NCBI GenBank assembly: GCA_046327745.1
Contig: JAXLXV010000030.1
Span: 8,469 to 72,468 of the forward strand
Length of the DNA stretch: 64,000 nt
Source: Gemmatimonadaceae bacterium
GTDB taxonomy: Bacteria > Gemmatimonadota > Gemmatimonadetes > Gemmatimonadales > Gemmatimonadaceae
Direction of reading: 5' to 3'
Shown: positions 19,893 through 28,490 of the stretch, one piece after another
Layout of the letters: each line of letters opens with the position of its first letter
Numbering within the stretch: position 1 is the stretch's first letter
Made by a program: the position numbers and the translations under genes
Notes under the pieces: model-generated
What the model saw: the letters and a program-made list of their open reading frames with translations, nothing else
Told to the model about the DNA's origin: nothing
Database searches by the model: none

Positions 19893-21161
19893 CTACGGAC
19901 TGGGCCGGGCGGCTGCGCCGACGATGGACATGGCAGCATCCGCCACCGCAATTCGTACCCCGCTGATGGCTCGGTGCTCGCGGGTGGGATTCACGCGATT
20001 GGTCAGCAGCAGGATGAACAGGTTGTTGTCCGGATCGATCCAAATCGACGTCCCCGTGAACCCGGTATGGCCAAAGGCGTGCGACGATAGAGCGTGTCCC
20101 GCCGAGTTGCCGCCCGTGGGCGTTTCCCAGCCGAGTGCGCGGTTCGATAGCCCCGGATTCTGCACCGTCGTAAAAAGACGGATTGTGCTGTCCGAGAAGA
20201 CGTGTTCTGCATCGAGCGTCCCGTGGTTGAGATAGGCGCGCGCCAGTCGCACGAGATCATCGGCAGTCGAGAAGAGGCCGGCGTGCGCCGACACGCCACC
20301 TAACGCGAACGCATTCTCGTCATGCACCTCCCCGCGCAGGTGCCGCTGGCGCCAGGGATCGACTTCCGTCGGGGCAATCCGAGACAGCAAGGAAACTGGC
20401 GGGCGATACTGCGTATCTCGCATCCGCAGGGGCCCAAATACGTGCGTGGTGGTGTAGGTATCCAACGACTCGCCGGTAACGACGCGGACGATTTCTCCCA
20501 AGAGGATGGCGCCAAGGTCCGAGTAGACCATGCGCACCCCCGGCACCGTGTCCAGCGGTGTGGCGTACACGAGCGCCATCGCGTCCTGGGCCGTGGTCGC
20601 CTCCTTGTACAGCGGTCGCCAAGCGGGAAGCCCTGAGGAATGCGTGAGGAGGTGTCGCACCGTCACTTGGTCCTTCCACGTCCCCGTGAACCCCGGCAGA
20701 TACCGCTGGACCGGGGCATCGAGCAGGACGCGTCCCTGATCAACCAGCTGCAACATCGCGCTGGTCAGGGCGACGACCTTGGTCAGTGACGCCAAGTCCC
20801 ACAAGGTCTGTCCCGTCGGGGCAGGCGAGGCTGCCCAATCGATATGTCCCGCTGTCGCCCGGGCCAGCACGCCGTCACGTGTGCCAATCACCGCAATCGC
20901 GCCCGGGAACGCCGAGTCACGCACGCCGGCACGCAGAATCCCCTGCAGCGTGTCCGACAGGCGCTTGGTGTTGATACGCCGGGCGACCGTTGCATCCATG
21001 GGCGACGATGGTCCCTCGCCAACGTTCTGTGCGCCCACCGACCCTGTAGCGCCTAACAACAACAGGAGCGCGAGCACCGGCCAGATGGTGTGGCGGCCGC
21101 GGCCGCGCGATGTGAGGTAGTGCATTGGCATACGGTGGCGTTGGGAGCTATCGTCTGGCAA
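19893..21161 (-). CDS. serine hydrolase of the beta-lactamase (class C/esterase) family, secreted
   Basis: The product has a signal-like segment (WPVLALLLLLGATGSVGA) and the S-x-x-K motif (ASLTKVV). The start could also be one of the downstream Met codons. Confidence 0.8.
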   Translation of the reverse strand: MPDDSSQRHRMPMHYLTSRGRGRHTIWPVLALLLLLGATGSVGAQNVGEGPSSPMDATVARRINTKRLSDTLQGILRAGVRDSAFPGAIAVIGTRDGVLARATAGHIDWAASPAPTGQTLWDLASLTKVVALTSAMLQLVDQGRVLLDAPVQRYLPGFTGTWKDQVTVRHLLTHSSGLPAWRPLYKEATTAQDAMALVYATPLDTVPGVRMVYSDLGAILLGEIVRVVTGESLDTYTTTHVFGPLRMRDTQYRPPVSLLSRIAPTEVDPWRQRHLRGEVHDENAFALGGVSAHAGLFSTADDLVRLARAYLNHGTLDAEHVFSDSTIRLFTTVQNPGLSNRALGWETPTGGNSAGHALSSHAFGHTGFTGTSIWIDPDNNLFILLLTNRVNPTREHRAISGVRIAVADAAMSIVGAAARPSP

Positions 21162-21283
21162 GCTCGAAGGTTAACCGCTGGCCCGCCAAGGCTATCGCCG
21201 TTTGTGCCGAGCAAAACAGCGTCGGCGGTGTACCGCCCCGGGCACCATCCTTCCTTTCAGACACACGAACCTGGAGTACGCAT

Positions 21284-21616
21284 ATGCGACGACTCTTTGC
21301 GGTCTCTGCACTCGTTCTGGCGACGGCCGGCTGCGGCGCCCGGGCGGTGCAGGTTGAAAGCGCCCCCGCGGCGGCCCCTACAGTCACCCTGACGGTGACC
21401 AACGCCCTCACTCAGGCGGTAAATGTCTACGTGGTTACCGGCGGATCCGATCAGCTGGTGAACCAGGTCGCGGCGAATCCCACCACCGAACTCCCGGTAC
21501 GCGGAGTGTCCGTTGGGGCCGTGGTGCGACTAAAGGCGACGACGTCTGATGGGTCGAAGACCTACACAAAGGACGGGGTGACTTTGCAGTCTTCCAACAG
21601 CTGGAAGGTCCCGTGA
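21284..21616 (+). CDS. small lipoprotein of unknown function
   Basis: The internal ATG is preceded by GGAG. The product MRRLFAVSALVLATAGC has a lipobox. Length is 110 aa. Confidence 0.55.
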   Translation: MRRLFAVSALVLATAGCGARAVQVESAPAAAPTVTLTVTNALTQAVNVYVVTGGSDQLVNQVAANPTTELPVRGVSVGAVVRLKATTSDGSKTYTKDGVTLQSSNSWKVP

Positions 21617-21670
21617 TTCGAGGGTTGTGACCAGCTGTTAAGCGACGTAATTTCAGCGGGTTGCTGCATC

Positions 21671-21699
21671 TTGATTGGGCGTGGTTAGAGCCCAATCAA
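21671..21699 (+). other. perfect 10-bp stem-loop upstream of the CDP-alcohol phosphatidyltransferase gene
   Basis: TTGATTGGGC (21671-21680) pairs with GCCCAATCAA (21690-21699) around a 9-nt loop. No U-tract follows. Confidence 0.4.
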
Positions 21700-21743
21700 C
21701 GGCCCCCCATCCCACCTCCGTCGTCACACCCGTCCACTCCGGC

Positions 21744-22472
21744 ATGAAAGCCCTCTGGGAAGCGATCCAGCGCGGGTATTTGCGCGTCATCGAGCCAGTT
21801 GCCGACTGGATGGTGCGCCGTCGGGTGAACCCCAACACGATTACAACGATAGGGACGCTCTGCAGTATCACCGCAGGGGCGATCTATGCGACGGGGCACA
21901 TTTCGTTGGCGGGCTGGACCCTTGGCCTCACCGCGTTGTTCGACGTGCTGGACGGTACGGTGGCTCGGCGGACCAATCGCTCGACCGTATTTGGTGCGTT
22001 TTACGACTCCACGCTGGATCGTGTGGCTGACGGTGCGGTGTTGGGGGGGCTGCTGATCTTTTTTGCCAGGAATTGGAAGCACCACGAAGTGCCTGATTGG
22101 ACGGCGATGCCCATGGTTGGCGTGCTGATGTTCGGGATCATCGCCACCTTCCTCACGTCGTACACCCGCGCGCGCGCCGAAGCGTTAGGCATCGACGCCA
22201 AGGTTGGGATGTTGCAGCGGCCGGAGCGAGTGACGCTGCTCTCCGCGCCACAGGCGTTTTTTGGCCTCGCCCTGCATGGCTGGGTCTTGATCTTCATCTG
22301 CGTGCTCCTCTCGGTCACGGCATGGATCACCGCCGTGCAACGCATTGTGTTCGTGTACCGAGCGACCACTCCGCTGTCCCAACCGACGGCCGACGATGCG
22401 GGGATCGCCCGCTCGTCTCCCGGACCTGTGGCGTCCGCGGCTCCCGCCGAGCCGGTTGACGCGATCCACTAG
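21744..22472 (+). CDS. CDP-alcohol phosphatidyltransferase (phosphatidylinositol-phosphate synthase-like)
   Basis: The motif DVLDGTVARRTNRSTVFGAFYDSTLDRVAD matches D-x2-DG-x2-AR-x8-G-x3-D-x3-D. I chose the start at MKALWEAI; the ORF-track start 21675 falls inside the hairpin. Confidence 0.8.
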   Translation: MKALWEAIQRGYLRVIEPVADWMVRRRVNPNTITTIGTLCSITAGAIYATGHISLAGWTLGLTALFDVLDGTVARRTNRSTVFGAFYDSTLDRVADGAVLGGLLIFFARNWKHHEVPDWTAMPMVGVLMFGIIATFLTSYTRARAEALGIDAKVGMLQRPERVTLLSAPQAFFGLALHGWVLIFICVLLSVTAWITAVQRIVFVYRATTPLSQPTADDAGIARSSPGPVASAAPAEPVDAIH

Positions 22473-22508
22473 TTCGGTTCCCCAAACGATTTTTCAGGAG
22501 ACACCTAC

Positions 22509-23843
22509 GTGCAGGGTTCGTCGGCTACCGCGAGTCGTTCCACCGTTCGCCCGGCATCTGGCAAGCTGGGCATTCTTACGCCGGGCCTTGGGGCCGTAGC
22601 AACGACCTTCATGGCTGGTGTGGAGAGTATTCGTCGCGGCTACACGGCGCCGATTGGATCGTTGACGCAAATGGCGACCATTCGGCTGGGCAAGCGCACC
22701 GAGAATCGTTCTCCGTTGATCCGCGATTTTGTGCCCCTCGCTGATCTGAAGGACCTGGTCTTCGGTGCCTGGGATCCGATCCCCGATGACGCCTACGTAG
22801 CCGCCAAGAAGGCGGGGGTGCTCGAGGACAAGCATCTGGAGCCCATTGCGGACTTCCTGAAGGGCATCAAGCCGATGCCGGCTGTCTTCGACACGAAGTA
22901 TGTCACGCGAATCTCCGGCGTGAACGTGAAGTCCGGGAAGACGAAGCGCGACCTGGCCGAACAGCTCCGACAGGACATTCGTGATTTCAAGGCGCGCAAT
23001 GGATTGGATCGGGTCGTCATGGTGTGGTGCGCCTCCACGGAAATCTTCATTCGGCCGGGGCCCCAGCACGCGACGATCGAGCAGTTCGAGAAGGCGATGG
23101 AACGAAATGACGACGCCATCGCCCCGTCCATGCTGTACGCGTGGGCGGCGATCATGGAAGGCGTGCCCTACTGCAACGGGGCGCCGAACCTGGCCGTGGA
23201 TACGCCGGCGCTGCAGCAGCTGGCGAACGACCGCGGTGTGCCGATTTCCGGAAAGGACTTCAAGACGGGCCAGACGTGGATGAAGACCGTCATCGCCCCC
23301 GGGCTCAAGGCGCGCATGTTGGGGCTGGCGGGGTGGTATTCCACCAACATCCTGGGCAACCGCGACGGTGAAGTGCTGGACGATCCGGCGTCGTTCAAGA
23401 CGAAGGAAGAGTCCAAGCTGTCGGTCTTGCACACGATTCTGCAGCCCGACAAGTACCCGCAGCTGTACGAGAACTTCTCCCACGTGGTCCGGATCAATTA
23501 CTACCCGCCACGTGGGGACAACAAGGAAGGGTGGGACAACATCGATATCGTGGGTTGGATGGGATACCCGATGCAGATCAAGGTCAACTTCTTGTGTCGC
23601 GACTCCATCCTCGCCGCGCCGTTGGTGCTGGACCTGGCGCTGTTCTCTGACTTCGCCCAGCGCGCCGGGATGAAGGGCATCCAGGAGTGGCTGTCGTTCT
23701 ACTACAAGAGCCCCATGGCTGCGCCGGGACTACAGCCAGAGCACGACCTGTTCATCCAACAGACGAAACTGAAGAACACCCTGCGCCACCTGATGGGTGA
23801 GGAACAGATCACGCATCTCGGGCTGGAGTATTACCAGACATGA
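22509..23843 (+). CDS. ino1: myo-inositol-1-phosphate synthase
   Basis: The 444-aa product has a GTG start after an AGGAG Shine-Dalgarno sequence. Family-typical segments are GILTPGLGAVATTFMAG, WCASTE, YCNGAPN and NILGNRDG. Confidence 0.9.
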   Translation: MQGSSATASRSTVRPASGKLGILTPGLGAVATTFMAGVESIRRGYTAPIGSLTQMATIRLGKRTENRSPLIRDFVPLADLKDLVFGAWDPIPDDAYVAAKKAGVLEDKHLEPIADFLKGIKPMPAVFDTKYVTRISGVNVKSGKTKRDLAEQLRQDIRDFKARNGLDRVVMVWCASTEIFIRPGPQHATIEQFEKAMERNDDAIAPSMLYAWAAIMEGVPYCNGAPNLAVDTPALQQLANDRGVPISGKDFKTGQTWMKTVIAPGLKARMLGLAGWYSTNILGNRDGEVLDDPASFKTKEESKLSVLHTILQPDKYPQLYENFSHVVRINYYPPRGDNKEGWDNIDIVGWMGYPMQIKVNFLCRDSILAAPLVLDLALFSDFAQRAGMKGIQEWLSFYYKSPMAAPGLQPEHDLFIQQTKLKNTLRHLMGEEQITHLGLEYYQT

Positions 23844-24259
23844 TGCGACGGCGAGCGATTGTGCGGTTAGGCATCCTGGCGGCCGTTCTGGCCTGCGGTC
23901 CCACGCAACAGGATCTGTCGATCCGGCTCTGGTCCGAGGACATGGCGTTTCGCATCATGTCCGACCCCGTACCACCGATCGCCCGCGAGAAGATTCGCTA
24001 TCAAATCCAGGTGCGGGATGCCAAGACCGGTGCGCCGGTCGAAGGCGGTGAAGGGCGCATTTTCGCGAGCAGTCGCGACGGTGCCAGCACCTGGGATTCG
24101 TTGGTGCAAGGCGAACAGCTGGGGACCTATTACGCGAACCTTCGATTCATCACCGCCGGCGAGTGGGCGGTCGCGATCCAGTTCCGCAAGGATTCCACCC
24201 GCACCTTGCAGCGCATGGACTGGATGCAAGAAGTCTTCCCCGCCAAGGAAACCAATTAA
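23840..24259 (+). CDS. hypothetical lipoprotein, translationally coupled to ino1
   Basis: An ATGA overlap joins it to the ino1 stop. MMRRRAIVRLGILAAVLAC has a lipobox. The 139-aa product has a beta-rich composition. Confidence 0.55.
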   Translation: MMRRRAIVRLGILAAVLACGPTQQDLSIRLWSEDMAFRIMSDPVPPIAREKIRYQIQVRDAKTGAPVEGGEGRIFASSRDGASTWDSLVQGEQLGTYYANLRFITAGEWAVAIQFRKDSTRTLQRMDWMQEVFPAKETN

Positions 24260-24268
24260 CCACGCACC

Positions 24269-24580
24269 ATGCGACACTTTTTTAGGACACACGTTGAACC
24301 CGCCGAGGTGATGCGTCGGGCCGACGACTTTTTTCAGGCGTTAGGCATGCGCTCGCTGCAGTCGGGCGCGCGCGCCCGGACCTTCCAAGGCGTCATCGGG
24401 ACGCCGGAGAGCGTCGCCACGATGCGGCTGACGGCCAAACCAGAGGGCGGGCACTACACGTTTGTGGAGGTGGCCACCGACCAAATGGGGGAAAGCCGCC
24501 TGGACCGCAATGTGAAGCGGTTCTTTGTCGGCTTGAAGAACACGGAGGAACCTCGGCGCACGTTGGAGGCATCGTACTGA
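24269..24580 (+). CDS. hypothetical protein (103 aa)
   Basis: This ORF fills a gap in the same orientation. I recognise no family. Confidence 0.45.
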   Translation: MRHFFRTHVEPAEVMRRADDFFQALGMRSLQSGARARTFQGVIGTPESVATMRLTAKPEGGHYTFVEVATDQMGESRLDRNVKRFFVGLKNTEEPRRTLEASY

Positions 24581-24617
24581 TGGGGGTGGCCGCCGCCCCA
24601 CGCGAGGGTGGCCGCGC

Positions 24618-24908
24618 GTGACCGGGGCAACAGGGGGGTCGTCGGACGAGCGCGACCTAGCCGGCGCACGACGACTTGGGGTCGGCTGCTTTACCACGTT
24701 CATTGGTGCCCCGAGCGGGGCCATGATCGGTGTGCTCATCGCGAAGTTTGTTGGAACTGTTCGAAAATGCGTTCCGTTGGAGGGCCTGCCGGCCTGCGAC
24801 TGGTGGTGGTTTGCCCTGGTCGGTGGCGTTGCCGGAATGATCACTCTTCCGACGTTGGCCCTATGGCGGTTGCGGCGCGCACCACGCGCCACACGTTCAA
24901 CTCAGTGA
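24618..24908 (+). CDS. hypothetical small membrane protein (96 aa, two predicted TM segments)
   Basis: It has a GTG start and hydrophobic segments GAMIGVLIAKFVG and WWWFALVGGVAGMITLPTLALW. Confidence 0.4.
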   Translation: MTGATGGSSDERDLAGARRLGVGCFTTFIGAPSGAMIGVLIAKFVGTVRKCVPLEGLPACDWWWFALVGGVAGMITLPTLALWRLRRAPRATRSTQ

Positions 24909-24918
24909 GGGACGTCCG

Positions 24919-26247
24919 TTGGCTCGAATTGATGTCGTGATGCCGCAGATGGGCGAGTCGATCGCCGAAGGCACACTATCCAAGTGGCTGAAGAAGGTCG
25001 GTGACGCGGTCAAGCGCGATGAGCCGATCTTCGAGATATCGACCGACAAAGTGGACGCGGAAATCCCTGCGCCCAACTCGGGCATCCTGGTCGAGGTGCT
25101 GGTAACCGAGGGCCAGACGGTGCCGGTGCAAGCCCTGGTCGCTCGCATAGAAACGGATGCGGCCGCGGCCGCCGCGGCGCCTGCTCCGTCAGCTCCATCT
25201 GCGGCCCCCGCGGCCGCGCCGCCCACGCCTGCCTCACCGCCCGCCGCTGCGTCCTCCGCGCCTGCCGCCGCACCCGTGGCCGCGCCTGGCCCGAACGGGG
25301 GGTCGTTCGAGGAGCGTGTGCGCACGAAGTCGTCGCCCCTGGTTCGTAAGATTGCCGCCGAACATGGCATTGAGCTGGCGGCGCTCGCTGGCACCGGTGT
25401 TGCCGGTCGCGTCACGAAGCGCGACATCCTCGGATTCCTCGAGGGAGGGGGAGCCGAACATGCCGCCTCAGCTGGGGCGCCGCGGCCGTCGATGTACGTG
25501 CCGCAGACCAGCGAATATCAGGTGCCCACGGTGACCCCGTGGCCCGGCGATGTGGTGGAGCCCATGAGCAAGATCCGCCGTATTACGGCGGAACACATGG
25601 TCTACTCAAAGCATACGTCGGCGCACGTTACGTCCGTCTTCGAGATTGACCTGACGCGGGTGACGCGAGTGCGGAATGCCATGCGTCCGGAGTATGAGGC
25701 GCGTGGTGAGAAGCTGACGGTGCTGCCATTTGTCATTCAGGCGGTCATCCGCGGTCTACAGAAGTTCCCGATGATTAACGCCGCGGTGCGCGGGAACGAG
25801 ATCGTCTATCGTCGCACGTACAACATCGGGATCGCCGTGGCGGTGGACTGGGGACTGATCGTTCCCGTCATCAAGAACGCCGACAATCTGTCGCTCGCCG
25901 GTCTGACGCGGGCTCTGAACGACCTCGCGAACCGGGCGCGAACGAAGAAGCTCAAACCCGAAGAGGTTCAGGACGCCACCTTTACCATCACGAATCCGGG
26001 CGTGTTCGGATCGCAGTGGGGCACGCCGGTCATTCCGCAGCCGACCGTGGCAATTCTGGCCACCGGCACGATCGAGAAGCGCCCGAAGGTGATCGCCGGC
26101 GCCGACGGCGAGGACGTCATCGCCGTCCGCACCTGTTCGTATTTCGGGTTGTCCTTCGATCACCGCATCGTGGACGGCGCCGATTCGGATCGGTTCATGG
26201 CATACGTAAAGCAGCAGCTGGAGTCCATTCCCGACGCCGGGTTCTGA
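24919..26247 (+). CDS. 2-oxoacid dehydrogenase E2 component (dihydrolipoyllysine-residue acyltransferase)
   Basis: It has a lipoyl domain (VMPQMGESIAEGTLSKWLKKVGD...ISTDKV), an Ala/Pro linker, an E3-binding domain (SPLVRKIAAEHGIEL), and a catalytic domain ending SFDHRIVDGA. Confidence 0.9.
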   Translation: MARIDVVMPQMGESIAEGTLSKWLKKVGDAVKRDEPIFEISTDKVDAEIPAPNSGILVEVLVTEGQTVPVQALVARIETDAAAAAAAPAPSAPSAAPAAAPPTPASPPAAASSAPAAAPVAAPGPNGGSFEERVRTKSSPLVRKIAAEHGIELAALAGTGVAGRVTKRDILGFLEGGGAEHAASAGAPRPSMYVPQTSEYQVPTVTPWPGDVVEPMSKIRRITAEHMVYSKHTSAHVTSVFEIDLTRVTRVRNAMRPEYEARGEKLTVLPFVIQAVIRGLQKFPMINAAVRGNEIVYRRTYNIGIAVAVDWGLIVPVIKNADNLSLAGLTRALNDLANRARTKKLKPEEVQDATFTITNPGVFGSQWGTPVIPQPTVAILATGTIEKRPKVIAGADGEDVIAVRTCSYFGLSFDHRIVDGADSDRFMAYVKQQLESIPDAGF

Positions 26248-26249
26248 GC

Positions 26250-26507
26250 ATGGGGCGCGCCCTTCGGATCATTGAGCGGGCCGCGCTCCTGGGTGATCGC
26301 TCGCAGGCGCTGGCGCACTTCCGTGTCACGCGATCGGCAGCCCGCGCCGCGTCGGTCAACTACTGGGTCTTTGAAGACGTCGCCCGCCCAGGACACTGGG
26401 TAGAGTTCGTGGAGGCGCGGGATGGCGAGACGTTACGGCGCGCCCTCGATGCGCTGGATCTCGCCGAGGGCGACGCGTCGATTCTCAATGAAGTGGAGCT
26501 TGATTGA
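26250..26507 (+). CDS. hypothetical protein (85 aa)
   Basis: The internal ATG lies 2 nt after the E2 stop. I recognise no family. Confidence 0.45.
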   Translation: MGRALRIIERAALLGDRSQALAHFRVTRSAARAASVNYWVFEDVARPGHWVEFVEARDGETLRRALDALDLAEGDASILNEVELD

Positions 26508-26508
26508 T

Positions 26509-26775
26509 ATGCCAACACGTACGGTGACGATCGATGGGACGTCGTGGCGGGTGATGCCCTCGGGGTTTGTGACCCAATATGAACACGACGAATTCGGCGT
26601 GCTGTTTGTCGCCGGGATAGGGGACGCGCGTCAGGTGCGCGTAACGCGTTACTCGCCGACGGCGGCGCGCACGCGAGGCGTGTCACTGTCTGAACTGACG
26701 GATGCTGAGCTCGTGCAGTTGTTCGAATATTCGCAACCCAGCGCCACATCCCCCGAAGCCGGCTACGTGTCGTGA
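26509..26775 (+). CDS. hypothetical protein (88 aa)
   Basis: The ATG lies 1 nt after the previous stop. Its own stop overlaps the next GTG start (GTGA). Confidence 0.45.
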   Translation: MPTRTVTIDGTSWRVMPSGFVTQYEHDEFGVLFVAGIGDARQVRVTRYSPTAARTRGVSLSELTDAELVQLFEYSQPSATSPEAGYVS

Positions 26776-27644
26776 GCGTTCCCTCGGCGGCGCCGACGCC
26801 TGAGCAGCCGCGAGGGATCGACCTGCATTTGCACTCCACGGCGTCGGACGGTTCGCAAGCGCCCGAGCTCGTAGTGGCGCGCGGCATTGCCGCGCAGCTG
26901 GCGGCCATCGCGTTGACCGACCACGACACCGTGGCCGGTATTGCGGCCGCGGAGGCCGCCGCCGCGGGCTCGGCGACGGAAATCGTGCGCGGCGTGGAAC
27001 TCAGTGCGTACGAGGGGAGCGAAGAGCACCACATCCTCGGGTTGCACCTTCAGGATGCGATGCACATGGAGTCGCGACTGTCCATCTTTCGCGATGCCCG
27101 GCGCTCCCGAGCGCAGAAGATCGTGGAGCGGCTGAACGCGGTGGGCGTGCGCATTACGTTCGATGACGTCCTTTCACTGGCCGGCGATGCAGCCCTCGGT
27201 CGCCCGCACGTGGCCCGCGCCTTGGTCGAGAACGGGTGGGCGCGGGACCTTCGCGACGCGTTTGACCGCTATCTGGGGCAAGGGCGTCCAGGATACCTGG
27301 ACAAGTTCCGCCTAACGATCGCCGATGCCGTGGCCCTGATCCACGACTGTGGGGGCCTCGCGGTGTTCGCTCATCCCGGCACCACGGGGACGAGAGAGCG
27401 CGTGGAGGGATTCGCCCGGCACGGATTGGATGGACTGGAGGTGATTCATCCCTCGCACGGCGCCGAGGATCGTGCCCGCTTGCTCGCCTTAGCCGATCAC
27501 TTCGGCTTGGTGCCGAGTGGCGGCTCGGACTCGCATGGCGCGACCGAGGGTGCTCGCGTGATTGGCGCGATGGCGGTTCCATTCGAATGGCTGGAACGCC
27601 AGCGAGCGCGGGTGCACGCGCGGGCACGTGCCGGAGCAAGCTGA
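26772..27644 (+). CDS. PHP-domain phosphoesterase (TrpH/YciV-like)
   Basis: The product has IDLHLHSTASDGS...LTDHDTVAG...GGSDSHG metal-binding motifs. Confidence 0.85.
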   Translation: MSVPSAAPTPEQPRGIDLHLHSTASDGSQAPELVVARGIAAQLAAIALTDHDTVAGIAAAEAAAAGSATEIVRGVELSAYEGSEEHHILGLHLQDAMHMESRLSIFRDARRSRAQKIVERLNAVGVRITFDDVLSLAGDAALGRPHVARALVENGWARDLRDAFDRYLGQGRPGYLDKFRLTIADAVALIHDCGGLAVFAHPGTTGTRERVEGFARHGLDGLEVIHPSHGAEDRARLLALADHFGLVPSGGSDSHGATEGARVIGAMAVPFEWLERQRARVHARARAGAS

Positions 27645-27648
27645 GGCC

Positions 27649-28368
27649 ATGGACCCGCGCGTCGCCCTCGTGACGGGGGCCGGCCGCCGGGTGGGGGCGG
27701 AGATTGCCAAGGCGTTAGGCGGCCGAGGCCTGGCGGTCGCTGTGCACTACCGCGGATCGCGGCAAGGCGCCGAGGAAACCGTGGCACGCGTCGTTGAGGC
27801 CGGCGGCACCGCGTGGGCCGTGGACGGGGACCTGGCCGATCCAGCGGTGCCGGAGCAATTGGTGGCTCGCGTAGTCGAGCGATTCGGTCGACTGGATATC
27901 CTCGTGAATTCCGCGGCGTCCATGGAGCGCACCCCATTCGGCCATATCACCGTCGAAGCGTGGGACCGCATCATGTCCCTGAATGCCCGCGCACCGTTTT
28001 TTCTGGCGCAGGCGGCGGCCGCTCACATGACGGATGGAGGAGTCATCGTCAACATCGCCGATATCGCGGCGTTTGAGATCTGGCCCGCATATGTCCCGCA
28101 CGGCATCAGCAAGCACGCCGTGGTTTACGCCACCAAGGCCCTGGCACGACTCCTGGCCCCGAAGATTCGCGTGAATGCCATTGCACCCGGTGTGGTATTG
28201 CTCCCCCAGGGCTGGGACCCCGCCCTGGAGACGCGCCTGTCTGAGACCACCCCGCTGAAGCACAACGGCACGCCTCAGGACGTCGTCCGTTCCGTGCTCT
28301 ACTTGCTGGATTCTCCTTACGTCACGGGTGACGTCATTGTCGTCGATGGCGGACGACTGCTCCGATAG
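27649..28368 (+). CDS. short-chain dehydrogenase/reductase, pteridine reductase/FolM-like
   Basis: The start MDPRVALVTGAGRRVG carries a TGxxxRxG-type Rossmann motif. The product also has NSAA, NIAD.....SK and a C-terminal YVTGDVIVVDGG. Confidence 0.85.
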   Translation: MDPRVALVTGAGRRVGAEIAKALGGRGLAVAVHYRGSRQGAEETVARVVEAGGTAWAVDGDLADPAVPEQLVARVVERFGRLDILVNSAASMERTPFGHITVEAWDRIMSLNARAPFFLAQAAAAHMTDGGVIVNIADIAAFEIWPAYVPHGISKHAVVYATKALARLLAPKIRVNAIAPGVVLLPQGWDPALETRLSETTPLKHNGTPQDVVRSVLYLLDSPYVTGDVIVVDGGRLLR

Positions 28369-28490
28369 GGAACGGCACGCGCGCGTCACGAGTTCTTTCT
28401 ATTGGGATCGCGATTCCATGATGACGACAACCCGATCAAATTTCGGGGTCGCGATTTCCGTGGATTTCCTCCGAACCCTGGAGTGGTGTT

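Noticed and set aside
24282-24291. 10-mer TTAGGACACA shared with 53898-53907
   Set aside because: There are only two copies, one inside a CDS and one intergenic, with no extended similarity. It is most likely coincidence related to the CGTTAGG-type word.
25150-25300. GCC/GCG/CCG-rich low-complexity DNA
   Set aside because: It encodes the Ala/Pro-rich flexible linker between the lipoyl and E3-binding domains of E2, which is a normal feature of the family.
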